Shown: positions 17,905 through 28,203, numbered from the stretch's first letter. The stretch is DNA of 64,000 nucleotides from Gemmatimonadales bacterium (GCA_050733075.1 JBOHSD010000014.1:13-64012); one strand, 5' to 3'. The notes: generated by a model not told the origin, from the sequence alone. Numbers and translations: made by a program.

Positions 17905-18194
17905 CGATTCCGCTCGAGCGGCACGCGACCTCGCGCGTCCAGAGCGATTCCTTCCCTCTCCAGGAGCAGCCGCTGCACCAGCTCTCCGCCCGGGACCGCG
18001 CGGACGCTGATTTGGCCGGCCGCGTTGACCACTCTGTGCCAGGGCACCAGAGTTCCGGCCGGCAGGGCGTGGAGAGCGTACCCGACCTGCCGGGCCTGGC
18101 CCGCAAGCCCCGCGAGAGAGGCGATCTGGCCGTAGGTGGCCACTCGCCCCCGCGGAATCCGGCGGACCACCTCGTAGATGAGCTGATGGCTCAC
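17892..18194 (-). CDS. Alkyltransferase-like (ATL) protein: MGMT-fold DNA-binding domain without the catalytic Cys
   Basis: IPRGRVATYGQIA...VPWHRVVNAAG has PWHRV in place of the PCHRV active site. 100 aa. Overlaps the arginase start by 13 nt. Confidence 0.85.
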   Translation of the reverse strand: MSHQLIYEVVRRIPRGRVATYGQIASLAGLAGQARQVGYALHALPAGTLVPWHRVVNAAGQISVRAVPGGELVQRLLLEREGIALDARGRVPLERNRWKP

Positions 18195-18201
18195 ATTCCG
18201 A

Positions 18202-18417
18202 TCAGGCGCGCCGCTTCATTCCGGCAGCCAGGAGAACTATGCCGGCCACGATCGCAACCCCGCCCACCCAGGTGGGAATCGCTTTCTTTTCCTCCACCGA
18301 TGCCCTCATGTCTCCGACCCGCAGCACCTCCTCATTCGATGAGTAGGTGGCCCCTCTGAACACGACGAAGGCACCCAGCGCGAGAAGCACGATTCCAACC
18401 AGCGAGAGCGGTCGCAT
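18202..18417 (-). CDS. Small two-TM membrane protein
   Basis: The 71-aa ORF has hydrophobic helices at both ends and is a paralogue of the next gene. Confidence 0.55.
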   Translation of the reverse strand: MRPLSLVGIVLLALGAFVVFRGATYSSNEEVLRVGDMRASVEEKKAIPTWVGGVAIVAGIVLLAAGMKRRA

Positions 18418-18456
18418 GAGCGGCTCCGATCTATTTGAGGTGACTGCACCGATGAC

Positions 18457-18660
18457 CTAATCTCTAGGAACCCAGATGGAACGCAGGTAAAGGCTCACCG
18501 CCAGAACGATTACTCCGGCTATGATGGGGCCGGGGCCGCCATAGCTCTCGAAGGTGAACGGCACCCCGTTCGGCCCCTGCATGCCGCGGATAATGGTGAC
18601 CACACCGAACGCGATACCGGCGACACCTAAAAGCGCGAGAAGCCCGAAGAGGGCACGCAT
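18457..18660 (-). CDS. Small two-TM membrane protein (paralogue of 18202..18417)
   Basis: MRALFGLLALLGVAGIAFGVVTIIRG...IIAGVIVLAVSLYL. ATG at 18660. Confidence 0.55.
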   Translation of the reverse strand: MRALFGLLALLGVAGIAFGVVTIIRGMQGPNGVPFTFESYGGPGPIIAGVIVLAVSLYLRSIWVPRD

Positions 18661-18887
18661 GATCACCTCATGGACGAGGTACAACGGGAGCACGCCGGCC
18701 CGGCGCGGGAGCCGGCTGCGCTCATCCATCTAAAGGTACTCCGGCGCAACACATTGGCCATCTCGGAAGGTCCGCTCCGACATATTGCGGAATCGGGTGG
18801 GTTCCCGACATTTCCGAGCCGGCCGCGGGTCCGGTAGCGCCGGCAATGCTGCGGATGGGGAGTCCGGCCCATAGTAGGAGTGATCGA

Positions 18888-20132
18888 ATGCAGCTCACGA
18901 TTCTGAGGGATGGAATCCACCTGACGGGCACTCTGGGCGGCTCGGTGCAGACGGCGGCCGACACCGTGGCTGTGCCCCAGCCGAGCGAGCTTGCGGTACG
19001 CTATTACCGGACTGGAAATGCCCTCTGGGGCGTGGAGCTGGCGCTCAGCCTTCTGATTCCCGCACTCCTCCTGTTAAGCGGCCTCTCAGCTCGGTTGCGC
19101 GACCTGGCCCAGCGGATCGGCCGCAGGTGGCTCCCGACCGTAGCGATGTACGCGCTGCTCTTTACCTTGGTAACCGCACTGCTCATGCTCCCGCTGTCCT
19201 ACTACGAAGGCTACCTGCGGCAGCACGCTTTCGGGCTCTCGAATCAGAGCTTCGCCCGCTGGTTCAGCGAATGGCTCAAGGGGGTGGCGGTAGGCGGGAT
19301 CGGACTGTCTCTGGTGCTGTGGATCCCTTATCTGCTTCTGCGGAAGAGCCCGGGACGATGGTGGCTTTATGCGGGGCTGGCGACGATACCTGTTGCGGCG
19401 CTGGTGCTCGTGATCACGCCGGTCTGGGTGGATCCCATTTTCAACGAATATGGCCCCATGAAGGACAAGTCCCTGGAAGCCCGGATCCTGGCATTGGCCC
19501 AAAGGGCCGGAATCGAGGGGGGCCGGGTATACCAGGTGAATAAGAGTGTGGACACCAGAACCGTTAATGCCTATGTGACGGGGGCCGGGAACACCAAACG
19601 AATCGTCTTGTGGGACACGATCCTAGATAAACTCGAGCCGAACCAGATTCTTTTCGTGACCGCTCACGAGATGGGGCACTTCGTCCTGCGGCACACCCTC
19701 GCTTTTATAGTGCTGGCCGCTGGTCTCACGACGGTTTCGCTCTACGTGGTGCACCGCGTTGCCGGGAGACTGATTGCGCGGTTTTCCAGGCGGCTTGGCT
19801 TTGACAGGCTCTCGGACGTCGCCTCCTTCCCTCTACTACTCCTCCTTGGGCGCCTCGTGGCGTTGATTCTGACGCCGGCAGTGCTCGCATTCAGCCGGTA
19901 CCAGGAGCGCGAAGCGGACAGATTTGCCCTCGAGATCACCCGCGATAACCGGGCGGCGGCCAGTACCTTCGTCCGGCTGCAGCAGGAGAACCTGACCATC
20001 CCGCGACCTGGACGGCTCTACACGCTGTGGCGTGGTAGCCATCCCTCGCTCGGCGAACGGATCGATTTCGCCAATCACTACCGCCCCTGGGAGACGGGAG
20101 AGGAGCTCAAGTACGGCCATCTCTTCCGGTAG
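18888..20132 (+). CDS. M48-family (Ste24/HtpX-like) zinc metallopeptidase
   Basis: HEMGH in FVTAHEMGHFVLRH, multiple TM helices, and C-terminal SHPSLGERI. AGGAG lies upstream of the ATG at 18888 (alternative start 18846). Confidence 0.85.
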   Translation: MQLTILRDGIHLTGTLGGSVQTAADTVAVPQPSELAVRYYRTGNALWGVELALSLLIPALLLLSGLSARLRDLAQRIGRRWLPTVAMYALLFTLVTALLMLPLSYYEGYLRQHAFGLSNQSFARWFSEWLKGVAVGGIGLSLVLWIPYLLLRKSPGRWWLYAGLATIPVAALVLVITPVWVDPIFNEYGPMKDKSLEARILALAQRAGIEGGRVYQVNKSVDTRTVNAYVTGAGNTKRIVLWDTILDKLEPNQILFVTAHEMGHFVLRHTLAFIVLAAGLTTVSLYVVHRVAGRLIARFSRRLGFDRLSDVASFPLLLLLGRLVALILTPAVLAFSRYQEREADRFALEITRDNRAAASTFVRLQQENLTIPRPGRLYTLWRGSHPSLGERIDFANHYRPWETGEELKYGHLFR

Positions 20133-20294
20133 TTGACGGCGGCTCTCCGAATGCGGGAGCTTGCCTGTGTCGCTCGTCACGGCGGCACGGTCATATCCGG
20201 CATATAAGAGGATTGGGGGTTGACTTCGCAAGCCTGAAATTACGCAATTAATAGGTTCGTCAGCCGGGCAGGCCCCACGCCTCAGGGAGGCTTC

Positions 20295-20771
20295 ATGAAA
20301 GCTCACACAACCGGTCTGGTTCTTTGCGCCCTCGCCGTGACGTCCTGTGGCGGCCGGCAGCCCGTCGAGCTCAGCCCCAACCGCCAACAGGTAGCCACCC
20401 GATGGAACGGCACGCTGTCGACTCCACCCGAGCTGCTTGGAATCATAGACATCCGCGGCTCAGCCTGGATGGGCCCCGAGGAGAACAACCCGGAGCGGGC
20501 CCGGGCACACGTGGAAATCGCCAACGCAGTACCCGGCGGGGTGCATCCGTGGCATGTCCATCGGGGGCAGTGCGGATCGGATCAGGGAATTCTCGGGCCG
20601 GCGGACGCCTACAAGCCGATCGAGATCCAGGGTAACGGCCGCGCCAGCTCGGACGCGGTTTTGCCCATACCTCCCCCCAAGGCCGGCGACTTCTTCGTGA
20701 ACGTCCACGCCTCGGCGAGGAACATGGGAACGACCGTTGCCTGCGGGAACCTGGCGCCACCAGCTCATTGA
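20295..20771 (+). CDS. Lipoprotein with CHRD/SOD-like beta-sandwich features
   Basis: LCALAVTSCGG lipobox. HPWHVHRGQCG and the C-terminal FFVNVHAS...GTTVACGNL resemble CHRD-domain ends. Confidence 0.55.
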   Translation: MKAHTTGLVLCALAVTSCGGRQPVELSPNRQQVATRWNGTLSTPPELLGIIDIRGSAWMGPEENNPERARAHVEIANAVPGGVHPWHVHRGQCGSDQGILGPADAYKPIEIQGNGRASSDAVLPIPPPKAGDFFVNVHASARNMGTTVACGNLAPPAH

Positions 20772-21637
20772 CCGGAGCCCGGCCGGGATCCCTGCGCGAT
20801 CGGGGTATCCGTACGGGCGCCCCACTCGGCCCAGGCTCCATCGTACAGCGTCGTTTGGCCGTGACCAATCAGATGTAGCGCCAGCACCAGGGAGCAGGCG
20901 CTGGTTCCGGACCCACAGGTTGCGATGACCGGACGGGAAAGGTCTATGCCCGCGTCAACCAACCGGCGGCGCAGCTCGTCGTGCGGCAGAAGCGTCCCAT
21001 CACTCCGAACCAGGTCACCGTAAGGCAGATTCAGGCTTCCGGGCACATGCCCGCTCCGAAGCCCGGGGCGGGGCTCGGGTTGGGTGCCGGCAAAACGCTG
21101 CGGGGAGCGGGTGTCCACCAGCTGCTCGGCACGGGTTAAGATGCTGGCGCGAACGGCGGCGAGATCTCGAACGGCGCTCCGCTCGACGCGGGCGGTGAAG
21201 CGACCCGCCGGCAGGCTCACGACGCCGGCCTCGATGGGGCGATGTTCCCGTCGCCATTTTCCCAAACCACCGTCCAGAAGAGCCACCCGCTCGTGGCCCA
21301 AGGTGCGGAAGGTCCACCAGACGCGGGGCCCGCTGAGATTGACGCCCGATCCATCGTAGACGACCAGATCGTCCGAGTCGTTGAGTCCCAGGGCCGACAT
21401 CCGGGCGGCGAAAGCCTGAGCGCTCGGCAGCATGTGGGGCAGCGGGTTGTTCGGGTCGCTGGAGGCGTCGAGGTCGAAAAAACCCGCGCCCGGAATGTGC
21501 CCCGCCGCGTATTCGGCCGCGGCATCGCGGCCGCTGTCGGGCAGGTACCAGGACCCATCGACCACGCGTAGACCGGGACGCCCCAGCTCCGCTGCCAGCC
21601 AATCGGTGGAAACGACGGCAGGAAGCCGGCCGTTCAC
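20765..21637 (-). CDS. sseA: 3-mercaptopyruvate/thiosulfate sulfurtransferase (tandem rhodanese)
   Basis: Two rhodanese domains. Active-site loop [21 protein letters not shown] motifs. Confidence 0.9.
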   Translation of the reverse strand: MNGRLPAVVSTDWLAAELGRPGLRVVDGSWYLPDSGRDAAAEYAAGHIPGAGFFDLDASSDPNNPLPHMLPSAQAFAARMSALGLNDSDDLVVYDGSGVNLSGPRVWWTFRTLGHERVALLDGGLGKWRREHRPIEAGVVSLPAGRFTARVERSAVRDLAAVRASILTRAEQLVDTRSPQRFAGTQPEPRPGLRSGHVPGSLNLPYGDLVRSDGTLLPHDELRRRLVDAGIDLSRPVIATCGSGTSACSLVLALHLIGHGQTTLYDGAWAEWGARTDTPIAQGSRPGSGQ

Positions 21638-22602
21638 GGAATGAGCAACAGCTTGCCCGTGGTCCGGCGGCCCTCCAGCTCACCGTGAGCCTCCGCCGCT
21701 GCAGCAAGGGGGAACTCGCGGCCGATTCGGACCTTCAAGGTGCCATCCGACACCCAGCCGAGAACCTCGGATGCCCGCTCGAGCAGCTCGGCTCTGGTGG
21801 CCACGTAGTGGTTCAGGCTGGGGCGGGTCAGGAAGAGCGAGCCTTTCTGATTGAGAATTTGGGGATCCAGTGACTCTACCGGCCCACTGGACTGCCCGTA
21901 AAGCACCATCGTACCTCGGGGAACGAGGCAGTCCAGTCCTTTGGTAAACGTGGTTCGGCCTACCGAATCGTAGACCACGTGTACCCCGGCTCCCGCGGTA
22001 AGTCGCCTCGTCTCGGCCACGAAGTCCTGCTCGGTGTACAGGATCACCTCGTGAGCACCGGCCTCACGAGCTAGAGCGGCTTTTTGTCGGGTCGAGGCGG
22101 TCCCGATGACGCGAGCTCCCCGGTGGCGGCCGATCTGACAGAGCAGCAGGCCCATGCCTCCGGCGGCCGCATGCACCAGGCAAGTGTGCCCGGGGCCCAG
22201 GGGGAAGGTCGAACACGCCAGGTAGTGAGCGGTCATTCCCTGGAGCATGACCGCAGCGCCGAGCCTGGTACTTACACTGTCGGGTAGTGCTATCAGCCGG
22301 TCTGCGGGTGCCAGAGCGTACTCTGCGTAGGAGCCGGCAAAGCTCTGCGAGGCCACCCGGGCACCTATTTTCACCGACGATACGCCGGCCCCGACCTCCA
22401 CCACCGTTCCCCCCGCCTCGGTGCCCGGAGTAAACGGTGTCGGTACCGGATAGAGCCCGCTCCGTTGGTAGATCTCGATGAAGTTCACGCCGACCGCGTC
22501 TACCTCCACCAACGCTTGCCCCGGGGGCGGAGATGGCCGGTCTACGCGCTCGTAACGCAAAACCTCGGGACCGCCGGTCTGGTGGACGCGAACAGCCTGC
22601 AC
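21634..22602 (-). CDS. qor: NADPH:quinone oxidoreductase (MDR/zeta-crystallin family)
   Basis: [32 protein letters not shown]-terminal GKLLLIP. 4-nt overlap with sseA. Confidence 0.9.
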   Translation of the reverse strand: MQAVRVHQTGGPEVLRYERVDRPSPPPGQALVEVDAVGVNFIEIYQRSGLYPVPTPFTPGTEAGGTVVEVGAGVSSVKIGARVASQSFAGSYAEYALAPADRLIALPDSVSTRLGAAVMLQGMTAHYLACSTFPLGPGHTCLVHAAAGGMGLLLCQIGRHRGARVIGTASTRQKAALAREAGAHEVILYTEQDFVAETRRLTAGAGVHVVYDSVGRTTFTKGLDCLVPRGTMVLYGQSSGPVESLDPQILNQKGSLFLTRPSLNHYVATRAELLERASEVLGWVSDGTLKVRIGREFPLAAAAEAHGELEGRRTTGKLLLIP

Positions 22603-22622
22603 GGAGGTCCCCTGAAGAGAGG

Positions 22623-23249
22623 CTAGACGCCCATGAACCGGCGCTCTGGTCCGGGATAGCCCGGATTCTCACCATTGCGCCGATTCGGGGCTACCGAGCT
22701 TCTCCCGGCAGCGGCCGCTCCACCATCGAGCCCCAGATCGGGCCGATGCTGCTTGAGTATGGCCAGCGCCTGAGGAGTACGTCCGCCCGCGCTGACCGTG
22801 AGGAGAATTCCACCGGCCCGTAGACCGCGGTCGAAATGCTCGGCATCGCTCTCCGAGACTCCCATGCCCCTGAGAAGCCCGATGAGCCCGCCGGCCGCCG
22901 CGCCGATCCCCGCGCCGGTCAGCGATGTTGCAAGTACGCCGCCGAGCACCACGGGGCCGACGCCAGGCACGAGAAGCGACCCCAGCAAGCCAATCAGGCC
23001 GCCGGCCAGACCGCCACCCACCGCTCCTCTGGTGGCAGGCTCGGAAGGACTGGGCTCCTCCTCAGAGTCTCGCCGGCCAGCGGAGTCCTGCATGGCCAGT
23101 CCAATCTGCTGGTCGGTGAATCCGGCCCCTTTGAGGTCGCGAACAGCCGCTTCTGCTTCAGATCTGCTGGCGAAGAGGCCCACCACTGTAAGGTCGGGAG
23201 GGTCGCTTTCAGTAGGGGGTAAATCTCCGCCGGGATTGGGGGAGGTCAT
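22623..23249 (-). CDS. YflT/general-stress-protein-17M-like protein with Gly-zipper membrane segment
   Basis: [32 protein letters not shown], then [27 protein letters not shown], then a second [21 protein letters not shown] module. Confidence 0.65.
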   Translation of the reverse strand: MTSPNPGGDLPPTESDPPDLTVVGLFASRSEAEAAVRDLKGAGFTDQQIGLAMQDSAGRRDSEEEPSPSEPATRGAVGGGLAGGLIGLLGSLLVPGVGPVVLGGVLATSLTGAGIGAAAGGLIGLLRGMGVSESDAEHFDRGLRAGGILLTVSAGGRTPQALAILKQHRPDLGLDGGAAAAGRSSVAPNRRNGENPGYPGPERRFMGV

Positions 23250-23329
23250 TGGGCTCTCCGTACACTGTTAGCTCGCAAGCTAGGGAGAAGCGCCTGCCGG
23301 GTGGGTGACCTTGCTCACAGGGGCTCTCC

Positions 23330-24586
23330 CTATGCCGCCACAGCCTCCTGGATGAGGTCGTCGGCAGGTGACCGGGCCCTCCTGGTGTAGCGTTCGAAAA
23401 AGGCGTGAGCCTGCTCCAGATCGGCGGGGTGGAAGTAGCCCGGTCCGAGCCCGGCGCAGCCTTCCATCGCCAGCTCGAAGAGATCAGTGGCGGTTCTCGC
23501 TATCCCCTGGTCGTGGAGCCCCACCCGGCCAGCCAGCTCGAGCAAGTCCTGATCGGGAGGTCCGAGCAGCTCGGCGGCCGCCCGAAGGGCCCGGGAGTCG
23601 TAAAGGATGCCCGCCGTGAGTGCGAGCGGGGCGGCATACCACTCGGGCGCTATGGTATCCGCGGATCTGAGCTCCAGATGGCCGCGGGGGCGCACCTCGG
23701 GAAACAAGGTACTGAGGTGCTCTCTCCACTCCGGGACTGACGGGTTGCCCCGCGCGAGCCACTCCCCGAACGGGCGGTGTTCTCCATGAACGATAGGAAA
23801 GAGAATTGCCGGAGCATTCAGGGCAAACTCGAGATACGCCTCTACCGGCGCCCCCTCGCGGTACGGCAGGCCGGTACGCGCCGGGTCGAGCGTGCGCCAC
23901 ACGTGGGCCCGGGCGCTCTGGTGCCCGGTGCGCTCTCCACAGTAGATCGGCGAATTGGCGAAGATTGCCACCATGTAAGGGGTGACGGCGTTGAGCACCC
24001 GCCAACGCAGCCAGGGCTCGTCATCGAAATCGAGGCTCACCTGGAGTGCCGCGGTTTGCCGCATCATGCGGGCTCCCGCTGGCCCCCGGTGCGCGAGGTA
24101 CTCGGCCATGCGGTGATACCGCTTGGCGGAGATCAAGAGTGGCGCCCGGTCCGCTGAGTTCATCGGATCGAGACCGACTGCCAGGAGATCAATACCCTCG
24201 TCCGCCGCCGCCGCACGCAAGGGAAGAACCACCGATCGCAGCAGCGCGAGCAACCCGGCGGCGGTGCTACATGGGGGCGAGCTGTACTCGAGCTGGCCAC
24301 CGGGCTCGAACGTCAGTGCGCCCCCTGCCGGTAAAGCGAAGCAGGGAGTCCCCTTCTCCGTGACACCCTCGTGCCACCCCTGTCCGGCGCCAAAGCGGCG
24401 AAGCAATGGAAGAGTCGAGATGACCTCCTCAGCCTCGATGGGACAGCGCCGGCCGGTCACCGACTCCACTGGGATGAGCTCCACCTCCGCACCTAGGCGG
24501 CGCGGAGTGGTCGAGCTGCTGATGGGTGCGGTGAAGGCGGCTTCGGCGAGGTCCGCCGCCAGGGCTGCCCGCGTCAACCGTGTCAT
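23330..24586 (-). CDS. egtA: Glutamate-cysteine ligase family 2 protein (EgtA-like)
   Basis: LGAEVELIP and TFEPGGQLEYSSPP are plant-type/EgtA GCL motifs. Its ATG overlaps the egtD TGA (ATGA). Confidence 0.75.
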   Translation of the reverse strand: MTRLTRAALAADLAEAAFTAPISSSTTPRRLGAEVELIPVESVTGRRCPIEAEEVISTLPLLRRFGAGQGWHEGVTEKGTPCFALPAGGALTFEPGGQLEYSSPPCSTAAGLLALLRSVVLPLRAAAADEGIDLLAVGLDPMNSADRAPLLISAKRYHRMAEYLAHRGPAGARMMRQTAALQVSLDFDDEPWLRWRVLNAVTPYMVAIFANSPIYCGERTGHQSARAHVWRTLDPARTGLPYREGAPVEAYLEFALNAPAILFPIVHGEHRPFGEWLARGNPSVPEWREHLSTLFPEVRPRGHLELRSADTIAPEWYAAPLALTAGILYDSRALRAAAELLGPPDQDLLELAGRVGLHDQGIARTATDLFELAMEGCAGLGPGYFHPADLEQAHAFFERYTRRARSPADDLIQEAVAA

Positions 24587-25584
24587 TGGCCGGCTCCGAC
24601 CACCAGGGCAAAGAGAGCTCCGGGGTCGGCTTTCCAGGCTTCGATCCGAAGCCCAGCCGCCGCGAAAAGCTCCGACACGCTAGCCCGGTCGTGCTTGCAA
24701 CTGATCTCGGTCCGGATCGATTCCCCGGCTGCAAAGGGAACGATCCCTATACCGGGTATGCTGACCTCCTGAGGCCCGCTCGAGACCAGATGCATCTCGA
24801 TCCGGTGGGTGCCCGGCTCATAGAACGCCAGGTGCTCGAATCTGGCGGGGTCGAAGTTGGCACCGAGCTCATGATTCAGCACCAGCAGCATGTTGCGGTT
24901 GAACGCCGCGGTAACGCCCCGCGCGTCGTTGTAAGCCGCCTCGATGCGGCTCATGTCCTTACGAAGATCCACTCCCAGCAGGAACCGGTCACTCGACTCC
25001 ATAGCGGCGCGCACCCGGGCGAGAAGCCGAATGGCCGCGGGGGGGTAGAAGTTGCCGATGGTGCCGCCGAGGAATGCGTATAGCGCCGGACGCGGCAGCC
25101 TGCGGGGAGGCTCGAAATCTTCCGTGATGTCGGCCACGATCGGCTCGACCGCCAGGCCAGGATACTCGCGGTGGAGACGGGCCGCGGTCTGGGCGAGAAA
25201 GCTGGCGCTGACGTCGATGGGGACGTAGAGGTCGGCCGTGTCGACCGTTCGCATGGCGCTCAGAATGAGGCGGCTCTTCTCCGCGCTTCCAGCGCCGAGC
25301 TCGACCAGGGCGCGGGTGCCCAGGCGGGGAATGAGTGCCGGCATCCAGCTCGCGAGCAGGGATCGCTCAGTCCGGGTCGGGTAGTACTCCGGCAGCCTGG
25401 TGATCTCCTCGAACAGCTCGGATCCCCGATGATCGTAAAAGTACTTGGGATGAAGCTCTTTCTGCGGCGCCGACAGGCCGGCCGCCACCTCCGCCAGCAT
25501 GCCTGGATCGGGACGCTGGTACGCCCGTGCCGCCCCTTCGCTTCGCTCAGCCCTGCGAGCCCACTTTGTGGTCGAGTCAGTCAT
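24583..25584 (-). CDS. egtD: L-histidine N-alpha-methyltransferase
   Basis: KYFYDHRGSELFEEITRLPEYYPTRTE, LVELGAGSAEKSR, FLGGTIGNF, FLLGVDLRKD. ATG at 25584 overlaps the egtB stop by 8 nt. Confidence 0.9.
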   Translation of the reverse strand: MTDSTTKWARRAERSEGAARAYQRPDPGMLAEVAAGLSAPQKELHPKYFYDHRGSELFEEITRLPEYYPTRTERSLLASWMPALIPRLGTRALVELGAGSAEKSRLILSAMRTVDTADLYVPIDVSASFLAQTAARLHREYPGLAVEPIVADITEDFEPPRRLPRPALYAFLGGTIGNFYPPAAIRLLARVRAAMESSDRFLLGVDLRKDMSRIEAAYNDARGVTAAFNRNMLLVLNHELGANFDPARFEHLAFYEPGTHRIEMHLVSSGPQEVSIPGIGIVPFAAGESIRTEISCKHDRASVSELFAAAGLRIEAWKADPGALFALVVGAGQ

Positions 25585-26908
25585 CGCATGCGCACCGGAA
25601 GCCGCTGAAGATCTGACGGCGGATAGGGTAATCCCAGTTCCTGAAGGTGGTGCGGATAGCTCCCGGTCGCGTGGCCCACGATCCCCCGCGAAGTACCTTG
25701 TATTCGGTTCCGAAGAACGCCTCGGAGTATTCCGGGTAAGGAAAGCTTTGGAACCCGGGATAAGGACCGAAATCGCTGGAGGTCCACTCCCAGACATCGC
25801 CGATCATGCCATAGCAGCCGAGTGGAGACAGGTTCTTCGGGTCGCTCCCCACTGGGCTAGTGCCAAACGACAGTTGATCCAGATTGGCCAGATCCTTCGA
25901 TGGCCGCTGATCGCCCCAGGGATAGCGGCGCCTGCCGGCTGAGGCTCCATCCCAGGAGGCGGCCGCCTCCCATTCGAACTCGGTCGGAAGCCGCTTGCCG
26001 GCGTATCGGGCGAACGCCTCGGCCTCGTAGTAACTCACGTGACAGACGGGGTGGCGGAGATCCACCGGCCCGACCTGGTCCATGCACCGGGTCAGCCAGA
26101 CACCATCCACCCAGCTCCAATATCGCGGCGCGTGAACCCCGGCTCGGCGGACCCACTCCCATCCCGCCTCGGACCAGTACTCCGGGGCGGTGTAGCCCCC
26201 GGCCGCCATGAAGGTCATGAAATCTCCATTGGTGACCGGATTGACATCGATTCGGAAAGGATCGAGCCGCATCGAGTGACGGCTCCGCTCGTTGTCGTAT
26301 GCCTCGGAGCGATCGTCCGTCCCGATCTCGACCGCACCGCCTGGAAACCGGACCATGCTGCCGCTACCCGCCCCCGGATTCGGCTGGGGGTGGGTGCCCG
26401 GCAGCTCGAAACGTGCGGCTGGCGAGTAGGGTCTCCCGCGCTTCAGTTGCAGGGTCTGGAGAATGGTCTCATTGTGCTGGTACTCGTGCTGGAGCACCAT
26501 GCGGTAAACGTACCCGTCGCGAAGCAAAGGGTTTTCCTGATCGAGATCGGTGGCCGCGAGATGCGCGAGGACGCGGCCGCGGATCTCCTCCATGATCTTC
26601 CGGCATTGTCCGGGCCCCGGAAGCGGCAGGGCGGCCCGCTCCCTCCGAGCGTGCTCGAAGGGGTTGAACAGGCCCGGCATCTCGACGAATTCTATGGGGC
26701 CCTCGAGGTTACGGGTGAGCCAGAGCTCCTCGAAGTGAGCTATATGGCCCAGGTCCCACAGGATAGGGCTCATCAGGGCGTCATGCTGAGCCTGGAGCTC
26801 CTCGTCGGTCAGCGGTGCAATCAGCAGGAAGGTTCTCTCCCGTGCCTCGGAGAGCTCCGCGGCGATGGCTTGGCGGTCGATGCGGCTCCGCGCCAGGGTC
26901 GTGATCAT
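25577..26908 (-). CDS. egtB: Ergothioneine biosynthesis sulfoxide synthase (DinB-like plus FGE-sulfatase domains)
   Basis: MSPILWDLGHIAHFEELW, HEYQHNETI, and GDVWEWTSS...RVLRGGSW. Start uncertain (26908, 26947 or 27010). Confidence 0.9.
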   Translation of the reverse strand: MITTLARSRIDRQAIAAELSEARERTFLLIAPLTDEELQAQHDALMSPILWDLGHIAHFEELWLTRNLEGPIEFVEMPGLFNPFEHARRERAALPLPGPGQCRKIMEEIRGRVLAHLAATDLDQENPLLRDGYVYRMVLQHEYQHNETILQTLQLKRGRPYSPAARFELPGTHPQPNPGAGSGSMVRFPGGAVEIGTDDRSEAYDNERSRHSMRLDPFRIDVNPVTNGDFMTFMAAGGYTAPEYWSEAGWEWVRRAGVHAPRYWSWVDGVWLTRCMDQVGPVDLRHPVCHVSYYEAEAFARYAGKRLPTEFEWEAAASWDGASAGRRRYPWGDQRPSKDLANLDQLSFGTSPVGSDPKNLSPLGCYGMIGDVWEWTSSDFGPYPGFQSFPYPEYSEAFFGTEYKVLRGGSWATRPGAIRTTFRNWDYPIRRQIFSGFRCACDD

Positions 26909-27071
26909 GAAGTTATCATACGGCCGGCGCGAGGGATGCGCGAGCATGGGGCGGGGGAGAAGTTCCAGCGCAAGAACCGGGTAGTGCGGACCCGCTCGCA
27001 ATGGTACCATGGGGCGTGGCAGGAGACGGTATCATAAATCGGGAAGCTATACAGCCAGAGGGAGAAGGGTG

Positions 27072-28148
27072 ATGACGGCACGACTACAACCCGGGCGAGC
27101 CTTACCGCCGGATGACGGCAGGTGGGAGGCAGTGCTCGGACGAGACCAGACCCATGACGGCGAGTTCGTCTATGCCGTCTCCACTACCGGAATCTACTGC
27201 CGCCCGACTTGCCCCTCGCGGCGGCCGGCTAGAGACCACGTGAGCTTCTTCGATACTGCGGACGCCGCAGAGTCTGCCGGTTATCGTCCGTGCCTTCGCT
27301 GCGAGCCGCGGAGCAGCTACCCGACCGCCATTCGCCTGGTAGACTTGGCCCGCAAGTACATAGATGAGCACCCCACCGAGGCCGTGACCTTGGAGCGCCT
27401 GGGACAACTCGCCGGAATGAGCCCGTTCCACCTCCAGCGTACGTTCAAGCGCGTAGTCGGCGTGACGCCAAAGGCGTACGCGAGCGCCCTGCGGCTGCAG
27501 CGAATGAAGTCCCGCCTGCGGCATGGCGCCAGCGTGAGCCGCGCAACCTACGATGCCGGGTACGGCTCCGGCAGCAGGGCATACGAACAGGCCCAAAAAC
27601 GGCTGGGAATGACGCCGGGTCGGTATCGCAAGGGCGGGATCGGAATTCGAATCCGTTACGCTGTAGCTCCGAGCCCGGCAGGGCTGCTGCTCGTTGCCGC
27701 GACCGACCGGGGACTCTGCGCGGTCATGCTGGGAGACGAAAGGGAGCGGCTCGAGACGGCGCTCAGACGGGAATATCCGGCGGCCACGATCGAGCGGGAA
27801 GACCAGGAGCTCAGGGGCTATACGGAAATGGTGGTGGCGCTGCTGGGGGGAAACCACCTCCGGTCCGGCCCTGCACTGGATGTGCCGGGCACGCCTTTCC
27901 AATGGCAGGTCTGGGAGGCGTTGCGGCGCATCCCTCCCGGGGAGACACGGTCATATCAGGCCATTGCCCGTGAGCTGGGCCGGCCGACCGCAGCCCGGGC
28001 GGTGGCCAGAGCCTGTGCCGGCAATCCGGTCGCTCTGGTGATCCCGTGTCATCGGGTGGTGCGGGAGGACGGGCAGCTGGGGGGCTACCGCTGGGGGTTG
28101 GAACGCAAGCGACGGCTGCTGGAGGAGGAGAGAGAGTCAAAGGGATAG
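27072..28148 (+). CDS. ada: Bifunctional Ada: Zn methylphosphotriester domain, AraC HTH and O6-methylguanine methyltransferase
   Basis: YCRPTCPSRRP...CLRCEPR, AraC HTH MSPFHLQRTFKRVVGVTPKAY, and C-terminal IPCHRVV. Confidence 0.9.
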   Translation: MTARLQPGRALPPDDGRWEAVLGRDQTHDGEFVYAVSTTGIYCRPTCPSRRPARDHVSFFDTADAAESAGYRPCLRCEPRSSYPTAIRLVDLARKYIDEHPTEAVTLERLGQLAGMSPFHLQRTFKRVVGVTPKAYASALRLQRMKSRLRHGASVSRATYDAGYGSGSRAYEQAQKRLGMTPGRYRKGGIGIRIRYAVAPSPAGLLLVAATDRGLCAVMLGDERERLETALRREYPAATIEREDQELRGYTEMVVALLGGNHLRSGPALDVPGTPFQWQVWEALRRIPPGETRSYQAIARELGRPTAARAVARACAGNPVALVIPCHRVVREDGQLGGYRWGLERKRRLLEEERESKG

Positions 28149-28203
28149 CCTACGGGCGTCTCCTGTGCCAGTATTCCCGGAGCCCTCAAGTCGAGTATGA
28201 GCC

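Noticed and set aside
20215-20260. A sigma70 promoter TTGACT ... upstream of the lipoprotein gene at 20295.
   Set aside because: No acceptable -10 hexamer lies at 16-19 nt spacing. Only general AT-richness supports a promoter here.
27630-27665. tRNA-like T-arm sequences (GGAATTCGAATCC at about 27645; GATTCGAACCC at about 15395).
   Set aside because: Both lie inside well-supported CDS, and no acceptor, D or anticodon arms can be drawn around them.
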